Shown one piece after another: positions 34,115 to 46,037 of a stretch of DNA of 48,230 nt. Source of the stretch: Ionaspis alba (taxonomy: Eukaryota). The stretch's first letter is position 1. Every line of letters starts with the position of its first letter. The DNA lies in the NCBI GenBank assembly GCA_964255285.1, contig CAXUUL010000041.1, positions 1 to 48,230 of the forward strand, written 5' to 3'. The translations under genes were made by a program, and so were the position numbers. The notes under the pieces are model-generated. The model was not told the DNA's origin. It saw only the letters and a program-made list of their open reading frames with translations, and searched no databases.

Positions 34115-36401
34115 CTTGTCCTACTCTCGTCAGTATGCAACAGAGAAAAACCAGATCTCTGGTCTATACACAAGCCTACCCTCACAAATTGGAATCTCCT
34201 TGTCTCAGATGAGGTCCCTACTTCTCGAGAAACCCCTCTACTAGCTGAATGCTTATTGACGCCTCCCGCCTCAGTAGTGGAGCGCTCAAACCCTGGTCCT
34301 GAATATCTTAAGACTGTCGATCTCGACAACTCTACGAAGAAGAAACATATTCAAGATGGAAAATCGGCAACAGTGACATACAGCCTCTTGCTAGTCAATA
34401 GTAGGGCTTATGGTATACACTAGCAGCATATGCACGTCAACCACATCCCTCAAACCGGCGTTCTCGGGCTTCTTCACGAAGGTCCCCGAAATGGAGCCAA
34501 GTCCAACAAGTCATCGTTGCTAGAATCTTATCTCGGGAGTGCCACAACGGCTGACGGACAGCTGCTTCTGCATCTGCATGCTGAGGACTATGTCAGAGGC
34601 CGAGAATTTGTTGCAGCTACATCATTATTTGCTTTTTACAGCTGTCGAGTTCTTGAACTTCATTCCACCTTCCGATTCATTTCTGGCTTTTGGTTGGCAC
34701 TTCGTTCCACCTGCATCAGCAGTGCTATCCCTCCACACACCCACGGGGCTACAGGTCTGCCATGTTGATCTGAATACCTGAATATCCATGTATCATGCTG
34801 AATTGATTATCTTCCACCCTTGCTTGGCTATGGGGTTTGCCCGCAGAATCATAAACTCGCTGGTAATGCACGATTTGGAGGCATCATAAGAGATCTCTTG
34901 CTTCCCCTAATACCGCAGAAGCTCGGGTTTTGTGGACCTTTTGAACACCGCAACGATGATTGAGATCACAAGGGGTAAGCCCTCCTTTTTGAGGACCTCT
35001 GTTGTGGAATTGAACTACGTTCATTACCAGTGACGCAGCGAGTCTAAGTGTGGCAACCATGCAGTCCAAATGCCGTGGCACGGCGAGCTGCGATCCTTCG
35101 TGGTTTGCCTCGGGCTCATCATATTCATGCGATGAAACCCAGAGATCCCTTCTCTCTTTAGACGTGATTGGAGTCTCGTTGATCATCCAGAACCCCACGT
35201 ACTTTTGCAGTCCTTTTAGTCTTTATCTTCATTCGAATTATTCCTAGCTGCTTCTCTTTACACAGTCAACTGATACCAAGTACAGATTGGTTCGTTTGCA
35301 ATGATTATTCTTCCTGTCTGTTCTACCTCCTGCCATTTTGGTTTGCGTACTTCCAAAGTGGTCCTTCCCAAGACCCCGCTTCATTTTTGCTGTAACTGCA
35401 TCCAGTACTGTCTCTGAGATAGTGTTCAGAGGCTCATGACAAGATTGATAATCTCAGAGCCAGTTGGACCAAATTCGTACCGTTGTATGCTGCAGTTAGA
35501 CAGATCATTCACGATGGTTCTTTATGTCCACGAGTTCTCCGATCAATGCTTTCTGCTCTCTTCCCCGAACAGCATCCACCTCATCATCGTTTCTACTGCC
35601 TGTGTCTTCACCCTCAATCCGGTGATGTCAAAGGGAGTATGCAAAGCCGCCTACAACGAAGTCAAGGTCTGTTTGGTGTGGGCTATATAACAAGATGCCA
35701 GAGCGAAAGTATCGAGGAGCTGATTGTGTGCGATAACGGTCAAACCATTGAATGCAGCGCAGAATACAAGAACGGACGGGCAGTTAAAGGGCATAATAGC
35801 TCCTTGCAGGGTTGAGAACGCAGGGACAATACCATCGGTGGAATGCATCACCCATACCAAGAAAGTTTGCAGTGAGATTGTGTCTATTGGAACGAGCTAT
35901 AATGGATATCGTGCATGTCATGGGCGGTAGCGACAGAGACCGCTTTTCACAATTCCTTCCAGGTCACCCACACCCGACCGCCTTTCTCGTCTGTATTCAG
36001 ACTCTACCACGCCAAGCTCCCACCAAAGTGACACTGTCTAATCTTCACAAGTATACCATGAAGAAAATGCTTGCTGATAAGCACCCAGCTGCAATCCACG
36101 CGGTTTCAAAGGCCGCTGTTTCGGGATGTGGACCGGTGCTGGTAGTCTTCGCAAGATCACCGTAGCATGGATTCATAACGGCACCAAATGTGGTTACGCA
36201 AGCCCTAATAGTCGAGGTTGCTGTCACATGACGCCTTCTCTGACACTCGGACCTTGTCATTTTTTCCAATTACCAAGAACGGATCCGTCTCGTCTTGTTT
36301 GCACCAACCAGAAGAGTCATATCACTGTTGGAAGCCCTGATATTAGTAACGAGTAGATGTCCTTGTCTTAGCCATTTGGCACTAATCCAAGCCTTGGCTA
36401 T

Positions 36402-37306
36402 CTACTCCGACTTCCACTGCTCAAACTCCTCCTTTAGGTGGATCTTGAGCTTTTCAAATTTCGACCCGAAGTTCTTTCCACATCTCCAGCAGACCATGTC
36501 ATCCCTCAGATATCCACCATGAGAGCGTTCCCGCCTGATATCGTCCCTGGCGAGTGGAAATTCTTCCAGTCTGACTAGGAATGGTGTAGCGAAGCTATTG
36601 TAGTGCTTCTTGTGCCTGAGGCACACCGACTGGCGGTCCACGGACATGACATGGACATGCAAATGGTTCATGGAAGGCCCCGAGTGTATGCCTACCAGTA
36701 TCTCTTTCTCCCAGTCTCTACCCGCCGGTAATGTATCTGGCGGTGGATCTGCATCCATGGCCTCAGTCCGAATCTGCTCTGTAGCAGAATTCTTACCATA
36801 GCGGCGGCGCAGCTCACTCGCCGCCATCGCCTTGACTTTCGCCGCTTCATATTGGACTGAGGCTAAGAACTCCTTGTCTTCGAAGGCGTCGATGGGATGG
36901 AGCAGCATCTTGGTCTTATCTCGAGGTAAGATGAGAAGGTGGATGGAGGATTTGGGGTAAAGGTCATTGATAACCACAAAGTTCTCATTGTGATATATCA
37001 CTCTGGATTGTGGATACGACTCGGGAGAAGTAATGTAAGCACCCAACCCGTCCCGCCCAGGAAATGTGTATCTGCTCCGTGAATTGGCGACTGCAGGCTT
37101 GGGCGATTTAGAATTCTTAGGGGAGGTCATGAGTTCTGTGACTGCAACTCATGAGCTTCCAGTGAACAAGATTATGTATGAAGTATCCCACAAGCATTTC
37201 GGCTCTGTGAAACCCTGGAGCTCTCAGTGTCTTCAAAGGGCACTGCAGTTCCCGAAATCTCTTCTTCTGTGATGGCATCTTCAGAGGTCTCCTCTTTGCT
37301 CGCCAT
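36402..37306 (-). CDS. HNT3: Aprataxin-like HIT-family DNA deadenylase, ~284 aa, 2 exons
   Basis: DLYPKSSIHLLILPR, GIHSGPSMNHLHVHV (HIT), KKHYNSFAT, and C2HE finger CWRC...HLKEEF. Exon 1 37306-37192 joins 37141-36402 to give RNAFTELM, using a weak GTGGGA donor. Confidence 0.9.
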
Positions 37307-37933
37307 CTTTAAATATGCTGGTCAACAAAGCCTCCTTTTCGGCGGGACTCGACATGCGACAGACCGCCGGCCAATAATGCCTCGTATCATCGGTGTATTA
37401 TTTATAAAATAGTGGCGGGACAATTTGTGAGATTATTTGGAGAGCTCGCTCTGACTTGGCCGGCCATGAACGAGGGATCCTGGGCCGAGGCGGAGGTACT
37501 GAAATCGTTACCGAGACATAACAATCACGATAGTTGGCGAAACGGATGGCTCCGGGGGTTGCTCGCTATTTTCAGCTCCCTTACAACGGTGGCAGTGGCC
37601 CCTAAAGCAACTATCGAGGCGATTATGCTTCGGCAACCATTTAACTACCCCAGCCTCGGGCGCTTGCGCTTATCAGGACCTGCATATTCTAGATTTCTGC
37701 TGGAGACATGCGTCACAATTCTACCACCACGAAAACATAAGTCATCATTTTCCTTACGATCCATGACTTCCTTCGCGGTAAATATGGATTTGAGTAAAGT
37801 AGTGGCTCTTCATTATTGTTTTCCGGCACGATAGCCTAAATTTCAGCCTCTCTCAACCAACGCACCATCTTACACCAGGCCAAAGCTCCATGGAAAGTCC
37901 GAGTACTTTCGATATCTACGGAGTCTGTGAAGA

Positions 37934-40900
37934 ATGGTGGTTCACGGGAAGCGTGGTGGCGGAGGTTCCAAAAAGCCAACTACAGCACCTGCTTCGACCG
38001 CAGACGATAGCTACATCGTGTTCTCGAATGCGAAAGGCGATGCTAAAGGGAAGAAAGCAGAGTCAAAGGCGTCTGAGAGCAAGGATGGGGTGAAATCTGC
38101 CCAAACTCCTGGCGAAAATGCGCCAAAGAAACCAGATACTAGGGCGTTGATAGGGGGAGCATCATGGACGGGTAAATTACCTGTAAATATATTGTCTGAG
38201 CACTGTCAGAAACAGAGATGGGAAAAGCCCGAATACACAATGGTACTATCTTCGTGTACGTACTTCATAGCATAGGAACTGAAGATATTCCCTGCAGAGC
38301 AAATCCCCGGAAGGCTTCTCCTCCACGGTAATCCTGAAAGCCGTGAATCCCAAAACCAAAGATCTTACCATTCTTCCGCCGTTCAAACTGCCGCCTTCCC
38401 ACAAGCATCTTGCAGTGGCGCCGACTGCTGTCGAGGCCCGTCATTTTGCTGCTACATATGCACTGTTCCGAGTGTGCAGCATGCGAAATATCCATATGAT
38501 GTTGCCTCCTAATTACCGAGATCTTTGGAAAGGAGAATTCGATGAACTAAAGAAGGATGATGTCAAGAACGGAAGAGCATGGATGTATGAGGCAGACCCG
38601 TTTACTGCCAAGCAAGAGCGTGAAGAAGCACAGGCACTCATGGCAAAGGAAAGGGATGATAAGGAGAAGCAGAAGGCTAAAGAGGCAGAACAGCCGGCCG
38701 GTCCAGGATCCTCGAACATCAGCGGCATCAATCGATGCGTTGGAAGAGCGTGGACGAACGTACCGAAGATCGATCTGGGCAAGCGAATGCGGGCACAAAT
38801 AGAAGACCTGGTACGGCGACACACGATATGGAATCCTCACGGCATTATGTTGTCGGAATTCCAGCGTCGGAGCATTGTCAATGAGCTTGTCGAGTTGGGA
38901 TTCCGAAAGAGTCATGTCGAAGAAGCCGCCGATGAATGCAAAGATAAGGAGGAGGTTCTCGAGTGGCTTCTCATTCATGTTCCCGAAGATGACCTGCCGG
39001 GATGGGCTCTACCGGAAGGATATGTAGCTGGTATTAGTATGGCGAGTGGAAATATCAAGAGAGAGGCTTCGATCAAACGACTTGCCGAGTCAGGATACTC
39101 GTCAGAGCTGTGTGAGAAGTTTCTTGACATGAGCCATGGAGATGAAGCAGCTGCCTCCGAGGAGCTGCAGAACCTTCTCGTACATAAGACGACAGACTTG
39201 AACGACCTTCCTTCCGAGGCTTTCTCAGGACTGAACATTACCTCCGAGGAAGATGGAAGCCCGGTATGGGAAGAGGAGCAAGGTACACTCCAAGCCATTT
39301 ACGGTTCTCGCTACAACAAAGTCTCGAAAAGCTCTTGTCAGATCAGGCTTGAGGTATCTCGAATTAAGGTACCGCACGTCTTGATAGTCCGGAAGTCACG
39401 GTTATATCCAGCTACAGCCCCAATTGTGTTTATTTCACCAACAGGCCTACCAGCGCACATCAGGCTCAGCATCTATCGTCAGGTCATTGAGCACGCAAAT
39501 GCTGATCTTCTCGGCGGTCCTATGATCTTCAATCTCGTGGATTGGCTAGAAACTGAGATCCCGAGAATTGTCGAGCACCCTGGGAGGTTACGAGATGTCT
39601 CCGCCGCTGTCTCTGCTGCAAACGAGCCACCAAGCAAAGCAGAAAGAACGAAGTATTGGAACACTAGAAGGATACCTCGACCAATTGACTGGAGACCTGG
39701 AAACCCAGAAAGTTTGACTCTACTAAATCGCTGGAAAGCTCAACAAGGAACGGGTCGGCAGCAGAAGATGTTGGCAGCACGAGAGACCTTGCCTGCCTGG
39801 AACCTCCGAGATGAGATCGTCAAGACTGTCAATGACAACCAAGTCACTATCATATCTGGTGAAACAGGGTCTGGAAAGTCAACTCAATCTGTGCAATTCA
39901 TCCTCGATGACTTGATCCTGCGAAAGCTGGGTTCTGCTGTAAACATTATCTGCACACAGCCTAGGCGAATATCAGCACTAGGTCTTGCGGACCGTGTCAG
40001 CGATGAGAGGTGTTCTATAGTCGGCGATGAAGTAGGATATGTCATTCGAGGAGAATCAAGACAGAAGCCTGGCGTCACAAAGATAACCTTCGTGACCACT
40101 GGAATTCTCCTACGACGATTGCAAACGTCAGGCGGGAGTAGTGACGATGTCGTTGCTGCTCTGGCAGATGTCAGCCACGTCGTTGTCGACGAAGTACATG
40201 AACGGAATTTAGATACCGACTTCCTACTCATTCTTCTACGAAGCGTGCTGGCTAGGAGAAAAGATCTCAAAGTCATACTGATGAGTGCTACACTTGACGC
40301 TGGAGTGTTTGAACAATACTTTCGAAGCGGCTCATCAGTCGGAAAAATCGAGATCCAAGGAAGAACTTATCCAGTCGACGATCACTACCTCGATGATGTG
40401 GCTCGCATGACCAATTTCAATCAATCGTCAAAGTATGGCGATGCGGATGGCGACGATGAGGCTTCGGTTGCAGGCGCTATCAAGAGTTTTGGGATGCGCA
40501 TCAACTACAACCTCATAGCAGCGACAGTGGAAGCGATCGATGCGGAGCTTGGTGCTGTTGAAGGAGGCATATTGATCTTCTTACCTGGAGTTATGGAAAT
40601 AAATCGGACCCTCGATGCAATCCGATCCATGCCTCAAATCCACGCCTTACCGCTCCATGCTTCCCTCACATCTGCCGAACAGAGACGAGTGTTTCCATCT
40701 GCACCAAAGGGTAAGAGGAAGGTGATAGCTGCTACGAATGTCGCCGAAACATCTATCACAATCGAAGATATTGTCGCTGTCATCGACACAGGAAAGGCCA
40801 AAGAAACCAGCTTTGATCCTCAAAACAACATGGTCAAGCTTGAGGAAGTCTGGGCTTCGCGTGCAGCGTGTAAGCAACGTCGAGGTCGAGCAGGTCGAGT

Positions 40901-42134
40901 TCGTGCTGGGAAATGCTACAAGCTCTATACTCGCAACGCAGAAGCCAAAATGGCCGAACGACCTGAGCCAGAAATTCGTCGCGTACCGCTAGAGCAGCTT
41001 TGTCTGTCTGTCCGTGCGATGGGCATCAAGGAGATTCCAGCATTCCTGGCCAGTGCTCTGACACCACCAGAGAGCATAGCTGTCGAAGGGGCTATTGATC
41101 TCCTCGGCCGCATGGGTGCTCTGGATGGTGATGAACTCACCGCCCTGGGACGACATTTGGCACTCATTCCAGCGGACCTCCGCTGCGGCAAACTGATGGT
41201 CTACGGCGCCACTTTCGGTTGTCTCGAAGCAACCTTGACCATTGCCGCAATTCTGACCGTCAAGTCCCCATTCGTGTCTCCTCAAGACAAGCGGCAAGAA
41301 TCCAAAGCGGCGCGCACATCCTTCGCTCCAAACACTCAAGGCGATCTCCTCGCCGACCTCCACGCCTACAAGATATGGGCCTCGATGCGGCAGTCTGCGC
41401 ACCCGCAGGAGGTCCGCACGTGGTGCTCTGAGAAATTCTTGTCTCACCAAACTTTATCCGATATCGCCTCCAATCGATCACAATACCTCTCCTCGCTCAG
41501 GGAAGCTGGTTTCATCCCACAATCCTACGTGTCCTCTACTTCGGTTTCAGACTACCCATCGGTTACATCATCGTCCTCGCTTAATGCCTACAACGACTCT
41601 GAGCCTCTGCTTCGTGCTCTCATCGCCGCAGCCTTTACTCCGAATTTGGCGCTCATTACCCTTCCAGCTCAGAAATATGCTCTGTCTGTGTCCGGATCTA
41701 TCGCCCTTGACCCGGAAGCTCGTGCTATCAAGTATCACACAGCATCCCACTCGCGGGTGTTCCTACATCCTAGCAGCACGCTCTTTGAAGCGCAGAGCTA
41801 TCCTGCGTCTTCAGCGTTCATCAGCTACTTCACCGCCATGACTACGAGCAAGGTGTTTGTGAGGGAGGTAACGCCTTGCAATGTTTTTGGGGTGCTGATG
41901 TTTGCTGGGAACTTAGTGGTAGATGGAGGTGGTAGAGGCGTTGTCGTAGATGGGTGGGTAAGGGTGAGGGGCTGGGCAAGGATTGGTGTCCTAGTGGGGA
42001 GATTGAGAGGAATGGTGGAGAGTGTGCTAGAGAGAAGGGTGGAGGATCCGGGCGCATGGGGTGGTGATAATGGGGAGGAGGAGGTGCTTGGTGTTGTTAG
42101 GAGGCTGATTGAGTTTGATGGTATGGATCTGTAG
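37934..42134 (+). CDS. DEAH/RHA RNA helicase, DHX57/YLR419W/Ucp12-like, with UBA- and RWD-like regions, ~1381 aa, 2 exons
   Basis: Exons 37934-38242 and 38298-42134. Motifs GETGSGKST, TQPRRISA, DEVHER, MSAT, ATNVAETSITI, QRRGRAGR; UBA-like LVELGFRKSHV...LEWLLIHVPEDDLP; RWD-like EEEQGTLQAIYG. Confidence 0.93.
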
Positions 42135-42845
42135 AAGATTAGCATAGTTCGCAGAGTTCTAGATGCGCAGGTTTAAGAAGGGCACCCAGAAGTCCAGCCA
42201 GCAAATGGTATCGTTATATGCAGTAATCAATCTCACCGTGACAAGGTCGTGGAGCGTCATTGACTTGGTGTCGCCATGGCTACACAGGTTGTGTCATCTC
42301 CCTTCTCAGGGCAGCCGTGCTCAATTGCAGCACAAGCTTCTGACTCCATAAAGGACCAGGAGGCCTCCTCGCGTGCATGTAATATAGAAGCAGTGGAGGC
42401 GGACGTACTCTTATTGTTGAACACAGGTGTCGGAGAGTGACTGTCAAGACGCTGCTGTTTGGTGATTTTAATTCTTGAGAATCATGTTCAAGCACTTTGT
42501 TTGTCTTCGGGGTGGTGCGAACGATGACCAGGCTATATAAGACCTTTGAGCCAACTGGTCAGACTACCCGGAGGCCATGGTGTCACTGTAATATCGGATA
42601 GGACAAATATTGCATTTCTTTTGTGTAGTGCCAGAAGAGCTAAGCAGAAGCAGGGCAAAGGAAAAGTGGGATGACTCGAGCAATGACAAGACAAAATGGA
42701 AAGGCAGGAAACAGAAGCTCATAAGTAGGAAGAGGGTGGACTACACCACCATCAGCTTTTGAAACAACACGAGATCTCAGTCTAAAGGGAAACAAAAAAA
42801 TAGGCAATATTGGACCGCCCATCCCTGCTGTGAAACAAGCAGGAT

Positions 42846-43709
42846 TTACTGTTGTCCGGCACGCTGACCACTAGAGCCAGAGGGACCAGAGCCAGAGGGA
42901 CCAGAGCCAGAGGGACCAGAGCCAGAAGCTTCGTTGCGGCGTCGTTGGTCGTCCGCCTTCTTGCGATCATTTTCTTCTGCGACCTGTCTGGCGCTATCGG
43001 TCTTCTGCTGCGCGATTTTTTGATCCCTCGCGGCTTTCTCTGTTGATTTCAGAATAACGAGTCAACTGGCTGCTCGAAAGGGGAACTCGGGCAATTCACC
43101 TTCTTTTGTCAAGGGTTTGCTCTCCAACACAAAAAGGTGCCTGTTAAAGGTGACCAATTCATGATAGGACAAATCCCTTGCTCCGAGCAGGATATCAAAG
43201 CCATCGCAATCGACTATCACAAAATAGGTAACAAAGATCCGCGGCGACCCTTGCGCTAGATTTTCAGCAAGCGCTCGTCTGATTATTATTATCTCTTTGC
43301 ATGAGCTTTCCGTACCTTCAACATACCACTCCAGGGTAATGCCGCCCAGCGGCACAATAAGGCTGCCACAAGCGGCTCGAAACCCCATGTTGTGGTCTTC
43401 ACTCACCGGTTGTGGCTCCAAACCCATGAGCTCCACTGCGCGCAGAGAAATGACGCTGTAAGTACTTCCAGTATCCGGGGTGAGTCGTAGACGCTGCGTT
43501 CGTCCAATCCTGCCATGTTCTCCTGCAATCACAGTCTGTACTGATTTTTAGAATATTCGGAATGGTTTCTACCAGATTAGTTGACTCACTATCGGCTCCA
43601 CCTTTTTTACATCACTAAGCAAATCAGAGTTGGGTGCACCGGTGGAACTGACAGCCCTTCTATGAGTTCCTTGTCGCATCTGCGTGTCATTGTTGGTGTT
43701 GTTTGCCAT
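42846..43709 (-). CDS. Stand-alone retropepsin-like (single-domain) aspartic protease with charged helical C-terminus and SGSGP repeats, ~229 aa, 4 exons
   Basis: Exons 43709-43590, 43535-43316, 43255-43100, 43039-42846 (690 nt, in frame). Catalytic-type DTGS (LTPDTGSTYSVIS), flap-like FRAACGSLIVPLG and FDILLGARDL; no gag, RT, integrase or LTR seen nearby. Confidence 0.7.
42873..42926. repeat. 15-bp coding tandem repeat (AGAGCCAGAGGGACC, about 3.5 copies) encoding SGSGP
   Basis: Directly visible; lies in the last exon of the retropepsin-like gene. Confidence 0.9.
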
Positions 43710-43881
43710 GATGACTGGTGATATGCTTCGAATAAACCAAACTTTTTAGTAACAAAAGATGCTCCTAATGTTAGAGTTGTCTATTCCTGTCAAATTTGTC
43801 TGCTGTTATATAAGGACATGTCCCCAGATCTTTTCCAAAGCTTCTGCTAGCTTGGTCACATAGCGTGTGTGTTACTGATGA

Positions 43882-44105
43882 CCTACCCCATGACTATATG
43901 CCTACTCAGGGACTATGTGCCTACCCAGGAACTATGTGCCTACCCAGGGACTATGTGCNNNNNNNNNNNNNNNNNNNNNNNNNNNNNNNNNNNNNNNNNN
44001 NNNNNNNNNNNNNNNNNNNNNNNNNNNNNNNNNNNNNNNNNNNNNNNNNNNNNNNNNNTACCCAGGGACTATGTGCTTACCCAGGGACTATGTGCTTACC
44101 CAGGG
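43882..44105. repeat. 19-bp minisatellite (CCTACCCAGGGACTATGTG) spanning an assembly gap
   Basis: At least 4 units before and about 2.5 after the N-run at 43959-44058; true copy number unknown. Confidence 0.9.
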
Positions 44106-44553
44106 CATGTATTAAATGACCCCAGATGACCCCAGACCTCTTAGTGTTTCCCCCAATTGCACAGTCAAGATTCTACGCTTTCTCCAAAGCATCTTTGACT
44201 GCACAACAGACTGCTTTCTTTGAAGCTGTCCTGGGGCCCATCTGTGGAAACAGACCGAAGGCTACAAAAGATGTATCAAAGCCAACATTATTCGCTAAAG
44301 CCAGCTACCACCTGCATAAAATTGTGCATTGCCTGCCGTGCCAACTAATTTAGGCGATTTAGCGAGTCTGCCCCCTCCAGCTTTTCCGTGACCGTTGAGC
44401 AGGTGCACTTAACCCTATGACTCCACCACAATGTACTTCTGACTTCATCCTTTCCATGGGGCTCCTGTTGCCTCTTCGCCTTCATCATGACAGTCTTCAC
44501 CTTTCCATGTCGCTCACTATTTCTGTTTACTTCCACGTACCATAGCTCTAGAG

Positions 44554-45490
44554 ATGTCCTATTCCACGCAACGCCGCGACAACAGGGTAGCTAGCGCGAG
44601 GAGCGACGGAGGCTCCCTACCCCACGACATTAATGTCGCCACCAGGTGTGCCATTTCCATCTACCTGTGAGTGACGATAGCTGACATTCTTCTCCTTCTA
44701 GACCGTTCCATACCGATCTGAACCGACTCATCCTCGCACGATTGCCTCTTGCCCTTCCACCTCACGCAAACAGTCCAGATGTTTATGCGAAAGGCCTTCT
44801 TCACATCGCACCGATTTACGTTGCATTTGAGTCAGCCTGGGAAGACTTGCTGGAGGATGGAGCCCTTCATCCTCCATTGACAGACGACTTCGTCTTCTCT
44901 GCCCTGAAACACTTGTACATACCCGAACTCCTGCGAACGGAGCCCTTGAAGGAAGACCTAGCCACTCTACTACAACAGTCGCGTGAAGAAGTTGAAAACG
45001 GACTACATGGCGCAAAGGATTCGCATTTGCGCAAAATTGTCGAGCACATGCAACAGACATTCGCGTCCAAGCCGCACGTGCTGATTGCCTACGCTTGGGT
45101 CATGTATATGGCGCTCTTCAACGGTGGTCGTTGGATTAGAGCTCAGCTGTTGAGTGCGCGTGACTCTACATGGAAGCTGAACCTCGACAAGCTAGATACA
45201 GACACGCCAGCCGGGCTCTTGTTCTGGCATTTCCCGGGCGTGGAAGATGGCGAAGACCTGAAGAATATGTTCAAATCACGCCTGGCAGCGGTCGAAGGTC
45301 TTCTCACGCAAGAAGAGAGACATGACATCATGAATGAGGCACAACGTATCTTTCAGAATCTGGCGCTGTTGGTCGAGGAACTCGACGAAATGATTGCTGT
45401 CCAGCAATGGCAATCACACGCTGCTACTACACCTCTGCCCAAGTTGCTCGCCAAACATGTCTTACCTCTGGGCTTAATCGAACTGCTCGG
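44554..45490 (+). CDS. Heme oxygenase-like protein; C-terminus lost in gap
   Basis: Exon 44554-44645 plus exon from 44702: DINVATRPFHTDLN (proximal His position), IYVAFE, ELLRTEPLKEDL, HVLIAYAWVMYMALFNGGRWIR, EAQRIF; runs into the N-gap at 45491-45590. Confidence 0.85.
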
Positions 45491-46037
45491 NNNNNNNNNN
45501 NNNNNNNNNNNNNNNNNNNNNNNNNNNNNNNNNNNNNNNNNNNNNNNNNNNNNNNNNNNNNNNNNNNNNNNNNNNNNNNNNNNNNNNNNNTCGATCGGTC
45601 CGAAAGCAGCTCTCACATTCCATTGAGGATTGAGGCAATCAGGACTGTAAGGCAGCTATGCTGCCCATTTCCCAAAGTCCGGATTTTCTTCAGATGCCTC
45701 GATCGGGACGATGCAGCTAGTGAGTGAGGCTGCAGCCCCTACCTTACGCGAAACCATTCATCTATCGCTGGCGTCTTCAACCTAACTTCTTTTGAGGGCG
45801 GTACATAGTCGCGAGGCTGTCCCACCCCAAGTCTTTGCCTTTTCCATCGCCGTGGAGGTGGAACGTGCAACCGTACGGCTGAAAAGCCATTTGCCCGCTG
45901 TTCTGGGTTATATAGACCGTCGGAGAGCTATGTCGTGCTCCTATCCTTCGATACTGTATTTCTTCATGTTTTTCTTGGATACTGGATGAGACTGGTACTA
46001 TATTGTCATTGTTACGAAACAGAGCAAACTATCAACC

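Noticed and set aside
35290..36360. Possible degenerate secreted Cys-containing gene (signal-like LFFLSVLPPAIL, splice-like sites, CNPRGFKGRC)
   Set aside because: I could not build a consistent spliced frame with a start codon; it may be a pseudogene or chance.
42846..43709. Intact LTR retrotransposon around the aspartic protease
   Set aside because: No gag, RT, RNase H, integrase, LTRs or PBS seen, and the gene has spliceosomal introns.
43882..44105. CRISPR-like array
   Set aside because: Units are head-to-tail with no unique spacers, the context is eukaryotic and there are no cas genes; it is a minisatellite.
45591..45626. ORF-track C-terminus of the heme oxygenase (SIGPKAALTFH)
   Set aside because: The frame across a placeholder 100-N gap is arbitrary; the true C-terminus is unknown.
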